A stretch of DNA of 64,000 nt. Origin: an uncultured delta proteobacterium (GTDB taxonomy: Bacteria; Desulfobacterota; Desulfobacteria; Desulfobacterales; SG8-13). A program made the position numbers and the translations under genes. Shown here in pieces: positions 1 through 10,102 of the stretch. Under the pieces are notes generated by a model that did no database searches, was not told where the DNA came from, and worked only from the letters and a program-made list of their open reading frames with translations. The first letter of the stretch is position 1. Each line of letters opens with the position of its first letter. The stretch spans positions 18,779 through 82,778 of the forward strand of contig CAWGUE010000017.1 in assembly GCA_963825595.1 (NCBI GenBank), given 5' to 3'.

Positions 1-1325
1 GCCGTTCTGGGTGTAGATCACCGATCCATTGGCAAAACGACTGTTGTTCATCAGGGTGATACCCTCTTCGAAATTCTTCACGCGTTTGACACACAAAACC
101 GGCCCGAATATCTCTTCCCGCCCCACCGACATGTCTTCGGTGACATGATCGAGAATCGTCGGACCGATAAAAAACCCCTTTTCGCAACCGGACGGAACCT
201 GCGGATTGCGACCATCCACCACCGGAACGGCCCCTTCCTCGATGCCGGTCTGGATCCAATTCGACACGAATTTCAGGTGTCCTTCGTTTACAACGGGTCC
301 CATATCCGTTGTTTTTTCGTAAGCCGGTCCGAGCTTCATTTCGGATACATATTTCTTCAGAAGCCCCACCAGATCATCAGCAATACACTCTTCCACGGCT
401 ATTGTCGGAAGGGCCATGCAGCGTTCGCCCGCACAACCGCAGAAGGCATTGATGATGCCTTGGGCGGTCCGGTCAAGTTTGCAGTCTCTAAGAACCAAGG
501 CGTGGTTTTTGGCCTCACACAGGGCTTGCACGCGCTTACCGCTGGCCGCAGCGGTCTTGTAAATGTGCAATCCCACTTTCGTGGAGCCGACAAAGGAAAT
601 GCCCGCAATGTCGGGGTGCCTGAGAAGAATTTCTGCTTCGTTGCGACCGGTGGTGATGACGTTGATCACCCCGTCGGGAATTCCGGCTTCCTGCCACAGT
701 TCCATCATCCGCATGGAGGACTGGGGAACGAAACTGGCGGGCTTTGAGTATCATGCAGTTTCCCGTGGCAACACAGATGGGCGTCATCCAACCGTGCGGA
801 ATCATCGCCGGAAAATTCCAGGGCGCGATACCGGCAAAAACCCCTATGGGATGATGATACTGAACCGTGTCGTATCCGGTGCTGACATTCATCAACGACT
901 CGCCTTTCATCAGGTGCGGCGCGCCGCAGGCAAATCGACGACCTCGGTTACTTGAGTACATCCCCCATGGCTTCAGCCCACTTTTTACCGTTTTCCATTG
1001 CCAGCAGATAGGTGAGTTCTTCCAGGTGTGTGTCCAACAGGTGTTTCATTCCGTACAACACTTGCACACGTTTGCTGACCGGCGTATTCGCCCACCCCGG
1101 GTAAGCCCTTTTGGCAGCCGATACGGCCGATTCTACCTCATCCGCCGTGCACTGCGGCGCCAGAGCTATCACTTCTCCTGTTGACGGGTTGTAGCAGTTC
1201 ATGTATTTGTCTGTCTTGGACGCCAGCCATTGCCCTCCGACACAATATTTGAGCTTTTTCGGGGCATTGCCTTTTTCAGACGCCCCGTTGTCGACAAAGT
1301 AGCGCTCTTTTTTCCTTTCAAGCAT
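1..1325 (-). pseudogene. mmsA: CoA-acylating methylmalonate-semialdehyde dehydrogenase-like aldehyde dehydrogenase; 3' end outside window; three frame changes
   Basis: ORF 948..1325 gives the N-terminus (KLKYCVGGQW...GKKWAEAMGDVLK). ORF 536..961 carries PIGVFAGIAPWNFPAMIPHGW...ATGNCMILK. Positions 1..741 in a third frame read PASFVPQSSMRMMELWQEAGIPDGVINV...CGCAGERCMAL...EEIFGPVL. Frame changes lie near 953-956, 917-926 and 741-743. The repaired join GDVLQVTEVVDLPAAAPHLMKGE fits the ALDH family without gaps. Confidence 0.75.
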
Positions 1326-1803
1326 TCATTTTCTCCTTTCTCTTTTTTACAGCCACCCAATTTTTATGGTTATCTATCTTTATTATATGACCACCGTTTA
1401 AGAATTCCAGTGTAATCGTTTGTTCCGAAGATAAGTCAGAAGATACATAAGCATACGGTGTAAGAATTTTATTCATGCGGTTTTTGATTTTGGTCGGTTT
1501 CAGCCGGTACCCATTTTTAGTGATGATGGCGGCACCGCGTTTCCTCCAGTCAGTATAAACCTTTAGGTATCCGGCAATCCTTGAATCCTTTATGCGAAAC
1601 ACCTTTTTGTTCGGAAAACCGCTGACGCCCAGAATATAGAGGTCACGGGGGCCGATAACGCCATCTGACAGAACGAAGTCGAGAAAGGAATTCGCGCCGT
1701 TGTAACTTTCAGGCCGGTTACTCAGATACAAGTCGGCAGGGTCATAGGGAGAGTTTGGGCTGGTATCCATGTTATATGAAATGGCCCCGGAAAGCTTTGA
1801 CAT
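1318..1803 (-). CDS. hypothetical protein (161 aa), no recognisable domain
   Basis: Single ORF whose stop overlaps the mmsA start by 8 nt. Visibly AT-richer than its neighbours, especially 1320-1500. No motif recognised. Confidence 0.5.
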   Translation of the reverse strand: MSKLSGAISYNMDTSPNSPYDPADLYLSNRPESYNGANSFLDFVLSDGVIGPRDLYILGVSGFPNKKVFRIKDSRIAGYLKVYTDWRKRGAAIITKNGYRLKPTKIKNRMNKILTPYAYVSSDLSSEQTITLEFLNGGHIIKIDNHKNWVAVKKRKEKMNA

Positions 1804-2331
1804 GGAAACCGCATCCGCATGGCTGTCGATGACAAGTAACGATAGTTTATATTTACCGTATTATTCTGTCAATGCCCTGTAAACAGCGCCTGTTTGAGAA
1901 TGGTCGACGGCAGGATCGAACCAGCCTTGAGGCCAACCGTATCCGCAGGGAAATCCTCGAATTGCTCGACCTCGCCGAGTAACACTGGAACCTCATCCTA
2001 AAATGACCCTCCGGTATTGTCGCGACTAAACCACCCGGTTTGTTGCACCATCCGACCTTTTCTGTTGCCCCAACCTACCGGATAGCGTATCGTACCGGGC
2101 ATGCGGAAACAGACTGTTTCCCAACGGTCAAGATTCGAATTCGCGGTATGCGTGCCAGAGGATTGCCTGAGCCATTCGGGAATATCGGGCCTGTCTTTTC
2201 TTAAGGATGGCACATATGTCTGACACCACGTCTAACCGCAATCGGACCGGATCGAGATGAACGGCGCTGCATCGTTCAGCATAGTTGCCGGACTTTCGAC
2301 CAATTCATTCAAATGCAGATAAGGAGGAGAT

Positions 2332-3117
2332 ATGCTCGAAATAAAAGACGCGGTAGCTGTCATCACGGGGGGCGCCAGCGGTATCGGCCTGGCACTGGCC
2401 AAATACTGGGCTAAAAAGGGTGGCAAAGTCGCTCTGGGAGACGTCTCTGCCGACGGGCTCGAAAAAGCGGCGGCAGAAATCGAGGGTGGTGCCGTTACGG
2501 TGGTCTGCGATGTTTCCAAAGAGGAGGACAATGCCCGGCTGGCCGATACGGCCATCGAGCGGTTCGGCCGGATCAACCTTGTGGCCCCTTTTGCCGGCAT
2601 CATCAGGGATGGATTGATGCTGTCAACCAGTCGGGACACCGGCAAGGTCAACAAGAAGATGTCGCTGGAGAATTTCCAGAAAGTGGTCGACATTAACCTG
2701 ACCGGGGTTTTCTTGACGGTGCGCGAATGTGCCGAGCGGATGATCAACAACGATTGCCGGGGCCTGATTTGCCTGGTCTCTTCCACCGGTTCCCTGGGCA
2801 CGGCCGGCCAGATCAATTACTCCGCCACCAAGGCCGGTATGTCGGTAATGCCGAAAGTGATCACGGCCGAATTTTTCCGACGGGGCCTGGCCGACAAGAT
2901 TCGCTGCGTCGCCATCGCACCCGGTTACTGTGCGACCCCGATCCTGGAGGGGATGAATCAGAGGGCTCTGGACAAGATTTTGGAAAATGTCCCTATCGGG
3001 CGTCTCATAAATACTGACGAAGTGGCTTCGTTGGTATCCGAGCTTTACCGCAATGAGGCCCTGGCCGGGGATGTTTATTACATCCATGGCGGGCTGCGAT
3101 TGGGATCGCGGGGCTGA
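2332..3117 (+). CDS. short-chain dehydrogenase/reductase (3-hydroxyacyl-CoA / 3-oxoacyl reductase-like)
   Basis: TGGASGIG cofactor motif, YSATK catalytic motif, 261 aa. AAGGAGGAG RBS ends 3 nt before the ATG. Confidence 0.9.
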   Translation: MLEIKDAVAVITGGASGIGLALAKYWAKKGGKVALGDVSADGLEKAAAEIEGGAVTVVCDVSKEEDNARLADTAIERFGRINLVAPFAGIIRDGLMLSTSRDTGKVNKKMSLENFQKVVDINLTGVFLTVRECAERMINNDCRGLICLVSSTGSLGTAGQINYSATKAGMSVMPKVITAEFFRRGLADKIRCVAIAPGYCATPILEGMNQRALDKILENVPIGRLINTDEVASLVSELYRNEALAGDVYYIHGGLRLGSRG

Positions 3118-3156
3118 CGCGTGTTTGCCCTGTAATCGTGGCAGAAAGGAGTAGAT

Positions 3157-4425
3157 ATGAGCAAGGTCAGTATCATCGGCGCATACAACACAAAATTTGG
3201 CGCCTTCGTAGAAAAAAATAGGGATACCGGCGAGATACGGGACACCAAATCATATTATGAGCTATTGATCGAAGCCGGCAGAGGCGCGCTTGAGGACGCC
3301 GGATTGGAACCGTCAGAGATCGACGGTATCTGGATCGGGTCCTGTTCGCCGTCTCTTTTTATTCACCAGGAACACGTCGGACCGCTGGGTTTGGAGGTGG
3401 CACCCGAGGCCTTGCGCTTTGTTCCCACGACACGGACCGAGGGGGCTTGCGCATCCTCTTCCGTGGCCCTCTACAACGCGATTTATGGAATCGAATCGGG
3501 ACGATTCAAAAGAACACTGGTTATCGGTGTCGAAAAAATGAACCTGCTCGGCACGCGGGAGATGACCCATGCACTGGCTTGCTCGTCCCACTGGCCGACG
3601 GAGGGATCCCAGGGCATGACCTTTCCGGGTTTATTTGCCGAATATGCCAAAGGGTATAAAAAACATTACGGATACAGCGACGAGGATTTACAACAAATGC
3701 TCGCGGCCGTTTCGGCCCTGTGCTATCGCAACGGCATCGAGAACCCCTTGGCCCACTTCGGCAAAGGGAGTCCGCCGGACCGGATGGGTTTGACAACGGC
3801 AAAGGCCATTCTCGAACTTCCCGACAGTGGCAAAGGGGGCAATCCGATGATCGCCCCGCCTTTGCGGCTCCATGACTGCTCGCTTGTGACAGACGGCGCG
3901 GCGGCCGTGGTCCTGGCGCCCACTGTCGATGCGGGATCGATCACCGAAAAGGTTGTCGAAATCGCCGGTATCGGGCTGACCACCGAAAGAATGCCGGAGA
4001 ACGTCCGTCCCAACATGCATGAACTGGTGGCCGGAAAGTTGTCAATCAACAAATCATTTGCCGAAGCCGGCATCACCATAAAAGATGTCGATTTTGCCGA
4101 GGTGCACGATTGTTTCACCATCAATCAGATCTTGAGCGTGGAAGCGTTGGGTCTGTCCGAGGACGGCCGGGGCGGATGGGATTTCATCGATGGCAAATAC
4201 ACGCCGGAAGACACGTGCCCGATCAATCTTTCCGGAGGACTGAAATCGAAAGGACACCCTGTCGGCGCCACTGGCGCTTCCATGCACGCATTGGCCTACA
4301 AACAAATGGTGGGGGAGCCGATCGGGCTGGCGCCGAAGAAGGGGCAGCCGGAAATCGGCGTTGTTTTCAACGTCGGGGGATCAGCAGTCACGAACTGCAC
4401 TACGACATTGCGCAGGATCAAATAA
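3157..4425 (+). CDS. thiolase-fold acyl-CoA acetyl/acyltransferase (SCP-x / non-specific thiolase type)
   Basis: 422 aa. Active-site Cys context EGACASSS; C-terminal HDCF and GGLKSKGHPVGATG thiolase motifs. GAAAGGAG RBS. Confidence 0.85.
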   Translation: MSKVSIIGAYNTKFGAFVEKNRDTGEIRDTKSYYELLIEAGRGALEDAGLEPSEIDGIWIGSCSPSLFIHQEHVGPLGLEVAPEALRFVPTTRTEGACASSSVALYNAIYGIESGRFKRTLVIGVEKMNLLGTREMTHALACSSHWPTEGSQGMTFPGLFAEYAKGYKKHYGYSDEDLQQMLAAVSALCYRNGIENPLAHFGKGSPPDRMGLTTAKAILELPDSGKGGNPMIAPPLRLHDCSLVTDGAAAVVLAPTVDAGSITEKVVEIAGIGLTTERMPENVRPNMHELVAGKLSINKSFAEAGITIKDVDFAEVHDCFTINQILSVEALGLSEDGRGGWDFIDGKYTPEDTCPINLSGGLKSKGHPVGATGASMHALAYKQMVGEPIGLAPKKGQPEIGVVFNVGGSAVTNCTTTLRRIK

Positions 4426-4436
4426 TGGACGGAAGC

Positions 4437-4633
4437 CATTTAGTGTCCGTCCACGATTATTAAAGAAGACTGATCCGTTTCCGATCCACAAATGAGCAAT
4501 TTTCTGTAAGTTCAAGGAAATTAATGAATTGTGCGGAGGCGCACTCGAGTACGCCGCACAAGAGATTCCGCCGATTGACGCTGAAATTGCGGAAAAGGGC
4601 CATTTAGGGACGGAAACCATTTAGTGTCCGTCC
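4437..4633 (-). repeat. intergenic hairpin element family R2, full copy bounded by two near-identical 26-nt hairpins
   Basis: GGACGGAAGCCATTTAGTGTCCGTCC at 4437-4462 and GGACGGAAACCATTTAGTGTCCGTCC at 4608-4633. The reverse complement of the interior aligns by eye with 36441-36615 and 58395-58595 (GCGGCGTAC...GCGCC hairpin, AAAATTGCTCATTTGTGGATCGGA). Confidence 0.7.
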
Positions 4634-4765
4634 AGAAATGGTAGCATTCGGCCCCGGCCAAGACCGCAGCAATTTTGCAGCCGCAGGCGGTGCCATGCTA
4701 CGTCGAGGATTGCAAAAGAGCGAGAACGCTGGCCCGGGTCGAAAGATGCCGTTTCTGGATGGACA

Positions 4766-5191
4766 CTATTTGGGTTTCCGCGGCGGGCTCACCAACGCTT
4801 CGCCGTCAAGAACCGTTGTGCCCTCCTGGTTGACGCACCAGGTTTTCAGACGCACCCTTTTTTTATCCGATATGATGTCAATCACCTCGGCAATGGCCGT
4901 TACCGTGTCGCCGATTTTGACAGGCGCCAGAAAATTGACTGCCTGGCGCATGTAGATCGAGCCCGGCCCGGGCAGCATCGTTCCGATAATGGTGGAGATA
5001 AAACTGGCCGTCAGCATGCCGTGGGCGATGCGGGTCTTGAAGTGGGTCCCGGCAGCAAAGGTTTCATCGACATGAGCCGGGTTGAAATCCCCCGATACAC
5101 CGGCAAACAAGTAAATATCGGTTTCGGTGATCGTTTTCGAAAAACGGGCTTGCTGCCCGATACTGAGTTCTTCGATCGTTTTTCCAATCAT
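4766..5191 (-). CDS. phaJ: MaoC-like (R)-specific enoyl-CoA hydratase
   Basis: 141-aa hot-dog fold. Motif GDFNPAHVDETFA...IAHGML. AAGGAGG RBS. Adjacent to PHA genes. Confidence 0.85.
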   Translation of the reverse strand: MIGKTIEELSIGQQARFSKTITETDIYLFAGVSGDFNPAHVDETFAAGTHFKTRIAHGMLTASFISTIIGTMLPGPGSIYMRQAVNFLAPVKIGDTVTAIAEVIDIISDKKRVRLKTWCVNQEGTTVLDGEALVSPPRKPK

Positions 5192-5543
5192 TCGTCATCC
5201 TCCTTATCTGTTATGTCCTGCCATCTCGGCCCCCTTAACCATAGTGCCGAGTTTCTCTTCGACCCTTCCAGGTCTGACGGTCTGACCGATGTTGTTTGAA
5301 CAGGGAAGATCGCCGCAGTTCAAATGTTGCCGAATATCCCCCCTTTATTGCCATTTTTTGACACTGCCGGCCAGTCGCAGCGGTCGTTTCGCACCCGGGT
5401 TAAATACCAATCCTTATTATTTTCAATGAGTTAAAATTTAAGGACCATCCGGATGCCATTGGCATTTATCTTGCTTCGCTCTTGATCCCGGCACATCTAA
5501 TTCCGCCTGGCCGCAATTGCAACGTGAAGGAGAGCGATCCGAC

Positions 5544-6953
5544 ATGCCTGATTCTGTGATGACATTGTTTCCGCAAGTGCTCAACAATCTCGAAGCCCTG
5601 AAAATCCCACTGCAGAACAGCCTGACTTTTGCGGAAGCTCAGATGCGCTCCGTATCGGCAGGCTTTGATCTGTTGGCCCACAACGGCAATATGATTCAAC
5701 ATGTCAGCCGGCAATTCCGGCAATTTTTTCCCGCCGGCAACTATACGCCTTTCGAGGCCTTTCTGGCGCTTTATCACGACGGCACGCACGTCCTGCTCGA
5801 TGGTCTCAAAAAAGCGCTGATGGAGACCATCGACTGTTTTCATCAGGCCCGGGCCGGAGAACTGGAATTTCTCGATCTGTTCACCGATGAATCGTCCTGT
5901 CAGGACTGGACCATCGAATGCGACGCCTCCCGGGAGCTGCTGGATCTGCCCGGTTTAAGAGTTATCGATGTCTCCAGAAATCAGCCCCACCGTTTGCGCA
6001 ACTTTACGGTGGTTTTTGCACCCCGGGCCGGTCACCATTCAAATATTGCCGAGCGGGTGGCGCTTTTCCTGAGGGATTCCGGCCTGACGCGAATGGCCGT
6101 GGTCGAGCAGAAATGCGCCGAGGACATCCCCCTCTATGTCGACGGTAAAAGACACCATGAGGATTTCTGCGGTCAGGTCGAACAATACCGCTCCGTGCTC
6201 GCCCACCTCAAGAAATTGACCGGGCGGCCACCGCATCTGGTGGCCATCTGTCAGCCGGGGCCGCTTTTGATGACCACGCTGATGCTGAACCCCGAACTGG
6301 GGCAAACATTCGGATCCGCCGGATCCCCGATGCACACCGACGCTGAAAAGGGCTTTTTAACCGATTTCGCCCGTGGTGTGGGCCCATCCTACATCGATCA
6401 CATGATCACCCTTTTCGGCCACCGCATCGGAAACGAACACCCGGGCAGCGGCAGAATCAGCTACGACGGTCGGCTGCAGGTACTCGGCTTTTATCTGATG
6501 GGCTATGATCTGCATCTGAAAAACTTGAAGAACCTGTTGAACGATCTTAAAAAGGGCAGGCACCATACCGCCGAAAGACAGAAAGCCTTTTACCAATGGT
6601 ACAACACCGTTTACCATTTCCCGGCCGGCTTTATCCGGGACACGTTTAAACAAATCTTTATCAAAAACGCCCTGATTCGCGACGAGCTTCGCATCGGTGA
6701 CCGGACTGTCGGCATTTCCGACTATCCGGCAACAGTCCCCATTTGGGCACTGGGCGGGGCCAAGGACAATATTGCACCGCCCCTCCAGGCAACCGGACAC
6801 ATGGATCTGATCCCGAATGTACCGGCCGAAGACCGGTTGAACCTGCTGTGCGAAGGCGGGCACATGGCCCTGTTTCGTTCCCGTAACGTCCTCGAAAGAT
6901 ATTACTCGAAGATCGCCGAGTTCATGCTGGACCGAAGTGATCCGGCCGCCTGA
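5544..6953 (+). CDS. phaZ: intracellular polyhydroxyalkanoate depolymerase-like alpha/beta hydrolase (PhaZ family)
   Basis: Pattern VVFAPRAGHH...VAICQPG...LQVLGFYLMG...ERQKAFYQWYNTVYHFPAGFIRDTFKQIF...GGAKDNIAP...GGHMALF matches my memory of the intracellular PhaZ architecture. ATG at 5544 follows GAAGGAG; the tracked start at 5517 is a non-ATG extension. Confidence 0.6.
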   Translation: MPDSVMTLFPQVLNNLEALKIPLQNSLTFAEAQMRSVSAGFDLLAHNGNMIQHVSRQFRQFFPAGNYTPFEAFLALYHDGTHVLLDGLKKALMETIDCFHQARAGELEFLDLFTDESSCQDWTIECDASRELLDLPGLRVIDVSRNQPHRLRNFTVVFAPRAGHHSNIAERVALFLRDSGLTRMAVVEQKCAEDIPLYVDGKRHHEDFCGQVEQYRSVLAHLKKLTGRPPHLVAICQPGPLLMTTLMLNPELGQTFGSAGSPMHTDAEKGFLTDFARGVGPSYIDHMITLFGHRIGNEHPGSGRISYDGRLQVLGFYLMGYDLHLKNLKNLLNDLKKGRHHTAERQKAFYQWYNTVYHFPAGFIRDTFKQIFIKNALIRDELRIGDRTVGISDYPATVPIWALGGAKDNIAPPLQATGHMDLIPNVPAEDRLNLLCEGGHMALFRSRNVLERYYSKIAEFMLDRSDPAA

Positions 6954-7070
6954 TGTTTGCAGAAACGGCGGCTGCGCCATGCATTTGTAAGCCGACGCCA
7001 CGGAGTGTCTGAATATCGTTTCAGCACGTCGATAGAGATGCGTCACTGCGGCGGCCGACCGGGACCGCAG

Positions 7071-7544
7071 CTACTCCGAATCCCTCTTTTTCTTCTCTTT
7101 TTTTCTCGAATCCGGCTTTGGTTTGATCATCGTGGAAAAGGGTGCCATACCCGTCATCGATTTCTGGGCCAGTTCCGATAAATCGGCTCCGAAATCGAGC
7201 CATTTCTCGAACTGCTTATCCACCGTTCGCTTGTATTCGAGGTAGTTTCTGACGATCTGCTCCAGGTATTTGTCAAAAAAATCGACCAGGACGTTATCGC
7301 CATAGCGGATGATCATGTGCAGCAACGGCACCTGCAGCAAGGCGTTTTTCTTGCGGGCCTCTTCGAGAACGATCTGCGTCAGGACAAAAGCGGTCACATC
7401 CTCCTCGGTTTTGGCATCGACGGCGCGGATCGCCCGGCCTTCCCTGACCATTTCCGCCACTTCTTCGAGGGTGACATAAGCGCTCCGGGTAGTGTCATAC
7501 AACCGCCTGTTGGCGTATTTCTTCAGCACGATCGTATCGGTCAT
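7071..7544 (-). CDS. phaR: PHA synthesis repressor PhaR
   Basis: N-terminus IVLKKYANRRLYDTTRSAYVTLEEVAEMVREG is the PhaR DNA-binding signature. Basic K-rich tail. Divergent from the phasin genes. Confidence 0.9.
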   Translation of the reverse strand: MTDTIVLKKYANRRLYDTTRSAYVTLEEVAEMVREGRAIRAVDAKTEEDVTAFVLTQIVLEEARKKNALLQVPLLHMIIRYGDNVLVDFFDKYLEQIVRNYLEYKRTVDKQFEKWLDFGADLSELAQKSMTGMAPFSTMIKPKPDSRKKEKKKRDSE

Positions 7545-7717
7545 TCAATTTTTCCTTTCGGCGCATCCCGAAGCTGCTCACGAAATGCTACGATGCAACA
7601 AAATAATGGCATTATAGAAAAAATCTAAATAAAATCATACGGTTTTATATAAAATAACACAGTAAATACAATATTATATATACACAAAGGGCTATTTGTC
7701 CAAGTAGAAAGGTGATT

Positions 7718-7748
7718 GAAATATTTTTGTGCAATGCAAAAATATTTC
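7718..7748. promoter_or_regulatory. 12-bp perfect inverted repeat (GAAATATTTTTG n7 CAAAAATATTTC), candidate operator
   Basis: Arms at 7718-7729 and 7737-7748 around the centre TGCAATG. It ends 1 nt before the -35 hexamer of the phasin promoter and lies in the phaR-phasin divergent region. Confidence 0.5.
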
Positions 7749-7776
7749 TTGACAATATCTCGCGGCTGCCTATAAT
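7749..7776 (+). promoter_or_regulatory. sigma70-type promoter, TTGACA-16 nt-TATAAT
   Basis: Consensus hexamers at 7749-7754 and 7771-7776, about 75 nt upstream of the phasin-like ORF. Confidence 0.6.
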
Positions 7777-7850
7777 ACGCTTAATAACGGCTGCAGAACG
7801 GCAGCATCTTAAAACCCTTTTAATTTATTACACGAGGAGGTATTCATAAC

Positions 7851-8153
7851 ATGGAGACGGAAAAATTTGCAAAACAAATGATTGATTTCCAGAAAGCCAC
7901 TTTTGACAACACCTTCAACGCCCTGGTCATGATGCAGGATCAAACGGAAAGAATGTTTGAAACGGCTCTGGAGCAAACCGCCTGGCTGCCCGAAGAAGGC
8001 CGGCGCGCCATTGACGAGTGGACAACGGCTTACAAAAAAGGCCGCTCCGAGTTCAAAGGGATTGTCGATGGGAACTTCGTTAAGTTAACCGATCTTTTCA
8101 TCACCGCCCCGGTGGTGAAAACCCAAGCGCCCCAAGCGGCGAAAACCAAATAA
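7851..8153 (+). CDS. phasin-like small helical protein, paralog 1
   Basis: 100 aa, GAGGAGG RBS. Shares FxKxxFDNxFNA...EQxxWxPEEGxxxIxEWxxxYKKGxxxFK with the next ORF. Sits between phaR and phaC. Confidence 0.6.
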   Translation: METEKFAKQMIDFQKATFDNTFNALVMMQDQTERMFETALEQTAWLPEEGRRAIDEWTTAYKKGRSEFKGIVDGNFVKLTDLFITAPVVKTQAPQAAKTK

Positions 8154-8191
8154 CACGGTCGCAAACGACCGGTCTCAGAAGGGAGGCAATT

Positions 8192-8467
8192 ATGATGGAT
8201 CCAAATCAAATGCTCAAACAAATGCTCGAATTCAACAAGACCGCTTTCGACAACAGCTTCAATGCCATGTTGACTATTGGCGAACAAAATGAAAAAATGG
8301 TCAGTGTATTCTTGGAGCAGGCCACTTGGATGCCGGAAGAAGGCAAGAAACTGATCAAGGAGTGGGTCGAAACGTACAAAAAAGGAAACCAGGACTTCAA
8401 AAAAGCTGCCGATGCAAACTATAAAAAGGTAGTGGATTATTTTGAAAGTGCAAAAAAATCCAAATAA
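8192..8467 (+). CDS. phasin-like small helical protein, paralog 2
   Basis: 91 aa. Tandem paralog of 7851..8153. GGGAGG RBS. Confidence 0.6.
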   Translation: MMDPNQMLKQMLEFNKTAFDNSFNAMLTIGEQNEKMVSVFLEQATWMPEEGKKLIKEWVETYKKGNQDFKKAADANYKKVVDYFESAKKSK

Positions 8468-8506
8468 CCGGTAGATTTGTTGGAGGTGGCGTGCGAGGAT
8501 GAACAA

Positions 8507-10045
8507 ATGAACACTTTCGGTTTTGAATTCATCGGACGACTTTCGGAAAATACCGTCTCAGCCCCATTGCAATTGACAAACAACTTGCTTCGGGCATACC
8601 AGGCTTACTGGTCGGGTGTTTACCGTTACACCAATGAATTCATGCTTCCCTTCTGGACTGCTCTCAATGCCTTTCTGACCACGGAAAAAGACAAACTCGT
8701 GCGCCACCATCAAGCCGATTCCCTCAAAGACTACTTGGAACTCCTCCAGTTCAACCTCCAAGTGGCCGAAAAAGCGCTCATGCGCAGCCAAAAGGCCGCC
8801 AACGGGTATCACACCGCAAAGTCAACCCAAGCCATGTCGGCTTGGCTAAACACGCTTTCGGGGCACATGGAAGACGACTTGGCGGCATTCATCGCCCATG
8901 AGACCGCACTGCTGGAAAAAGTCGTCTTCGAATATCCGCGGGCGATCCGGGCCATCAAACCCGACTACGGTTTTCACTTCGACGATGGTGGTTACAAAAA
9001 AATTGCCGAAACCGAAAGGTTCACCGTATACCAGGTTTTCTCGCGTAACGGCAGCAAACCTCGACCCGGCGGCAAACCGATCTTGATCATTCCGCCATAT
9101 GTCCTGGGGGCCAATATCCTGGCATTTCTGCCGGAGGAGAAAAAAAGTTACGTTCACGCCTATGCCGACCAGGGAATTCCAACCTACATCCGCATCATAA
9201 AGAATATCAACGACACACCGGCGGTACAGACCATCACCGGAGAAGATGAAGCGCGCGACACCCGGTATTTCTGCGAAAAGATCAAGGCCGTTCATGGTAA
9301 ACAGGTCACCCTCAACGGATTTTGCCAGGGGGGATTTGTCGCCGTTTGCAGCCTGCTGACCGGAGAACTCGACGGACTCGTCGATGCACTGATCACTTGC
9401 GTCGCACCGATGGACGGCACCCGCAGCAAGGCTTTGATCGAATACCTGGAACACCTGCCGCCCAGGTTCAGGGACCTGGGATATGCTGTCAAAGTTTTAC
9501 CCAACGGCAATCGGATCGTCGACGGCAAAGTCATGAGCTGGGTCTACAAGCTCAAAAGCATGGAAAAAGAGGCCCCGCTTTACACCTTTTACCGGGACCT
9601 GATGATGTTCGACAGGAATGGCGACCTCGAACGCCCCATCAGCAAGACGGCCGCTGCCATTAACAACTGGCTAATATACGATCGCAACGATCTGCCCGAG
9701 GCTATTACCAAAATGAGCTTCGATTCCTATACACGGCCGGTGGCAAAAGACGGCAGCCTGCCCTTCAAGCTCTTCGGCCGTCCGCTCAATTTCAACCGGC
9801 TGAATGAAAAAAAACTGCCGTATCTGATTTGCTACGGCAAACAAGACGATCTCGTGGACCGCGAGGCCGCTTTATCTCCCCTCGATTTTGTAAACGCCGA
9901 AGTCACCGGCTTCCCCAAGGGACATGGTGCCATCGCCACGTCGTGGTCTCACCCGGAAAGCGACTTCGCCCTGCATAAGCGTTACGATGACGGATCTCGC
10001 GGACCGGTAAGGTTTCAGCTGGACCTTGAAAAACCGGAAAAATAA
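8507..10045 (+). CDS. phaC: poly(3-hydroxyalkanoate) synthase catalytic subunit PhaC (long form, about 512 aa)
   Basis: Lipase-box-like GFCQGGF with catalytic Cys. Alpha/beta hydrolase core and C-terminal GKQDDLV...GHG. About 170-aa N-terminal extension. First ATG is at 8507. Confidence 0.8.
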   Translation: MNTFGFEFIGRLSENTVSAPLQLTNNLLRAYQAYWSGVYRYTNEFMLPFWTALNAFLTTEKDKLVRHHQADSLKDYLELLQFNLQVAEKALMRSQKAANGYHTAKSTQAMSAWLNTLSGHMEDDLAAFIAHETALLEKVVFEYPRAIRAIKPDYGFHFDDGGYKKIAETERFTVYQVFSRNGSKPRPGGKPILIIPPYVLGANILAFLPEEKKSYVHAYADQGIPTYIRIIKNINDTPAVQTITGEDEARDTRYFCEKIKAVHGKQVTLNGFCQGGFVAVCSLLTGELDGLVDALITCVAPMDGTRSKALIEYLEHLPPRFRDLGYAVKVLPNGNRIVDGKVMSWVYKLKSMEKEAPLYTFYRDLMMFDRNGDLERPISKTAAAINNWLIYDRNDLPEAITKMSFDSYTRPVAKDGSLPFKLFGRPLNFNRLNEKKLPYLICYGKQDDLVDREAALSPLDFVNAEVTGFPKGHGAIATSWSHPESDFALHKRYDDGSRGPVRFQLDLEKPEK

Positions 10046-10102
10046 ATCACGTCTTGTGGCATTCCTTCACTTCACTTCTGCCACTGAAAAACTGGATTCT
10101 CT

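Noticed and set aside
1893-1925. tRNA-like GGCAGGATCGAACC string
   Set aside because: The flanks cannot be folded into acceptor and T stems. It lies inside the ORF fragment above.
1861-1985. Plus-strand ORF end QRLFENGRRQDRTSLEANRIRREILELLDLAE-stop, possibly the tail of a transposase or integrase
   Set aside because: Only about 35 codons remain, with no start or upstream frame. I cannot place it in a family from memory, so it is not reported as a feature.
8030-8506. 158-aa minus-strand ORF opposite the two phasin-like genes
   Set aside because: It is antisense to two paralogous ORFs that each have an RBS and a shared conserved motif. Its sequence is low-complexity Phe/Leu-rich.
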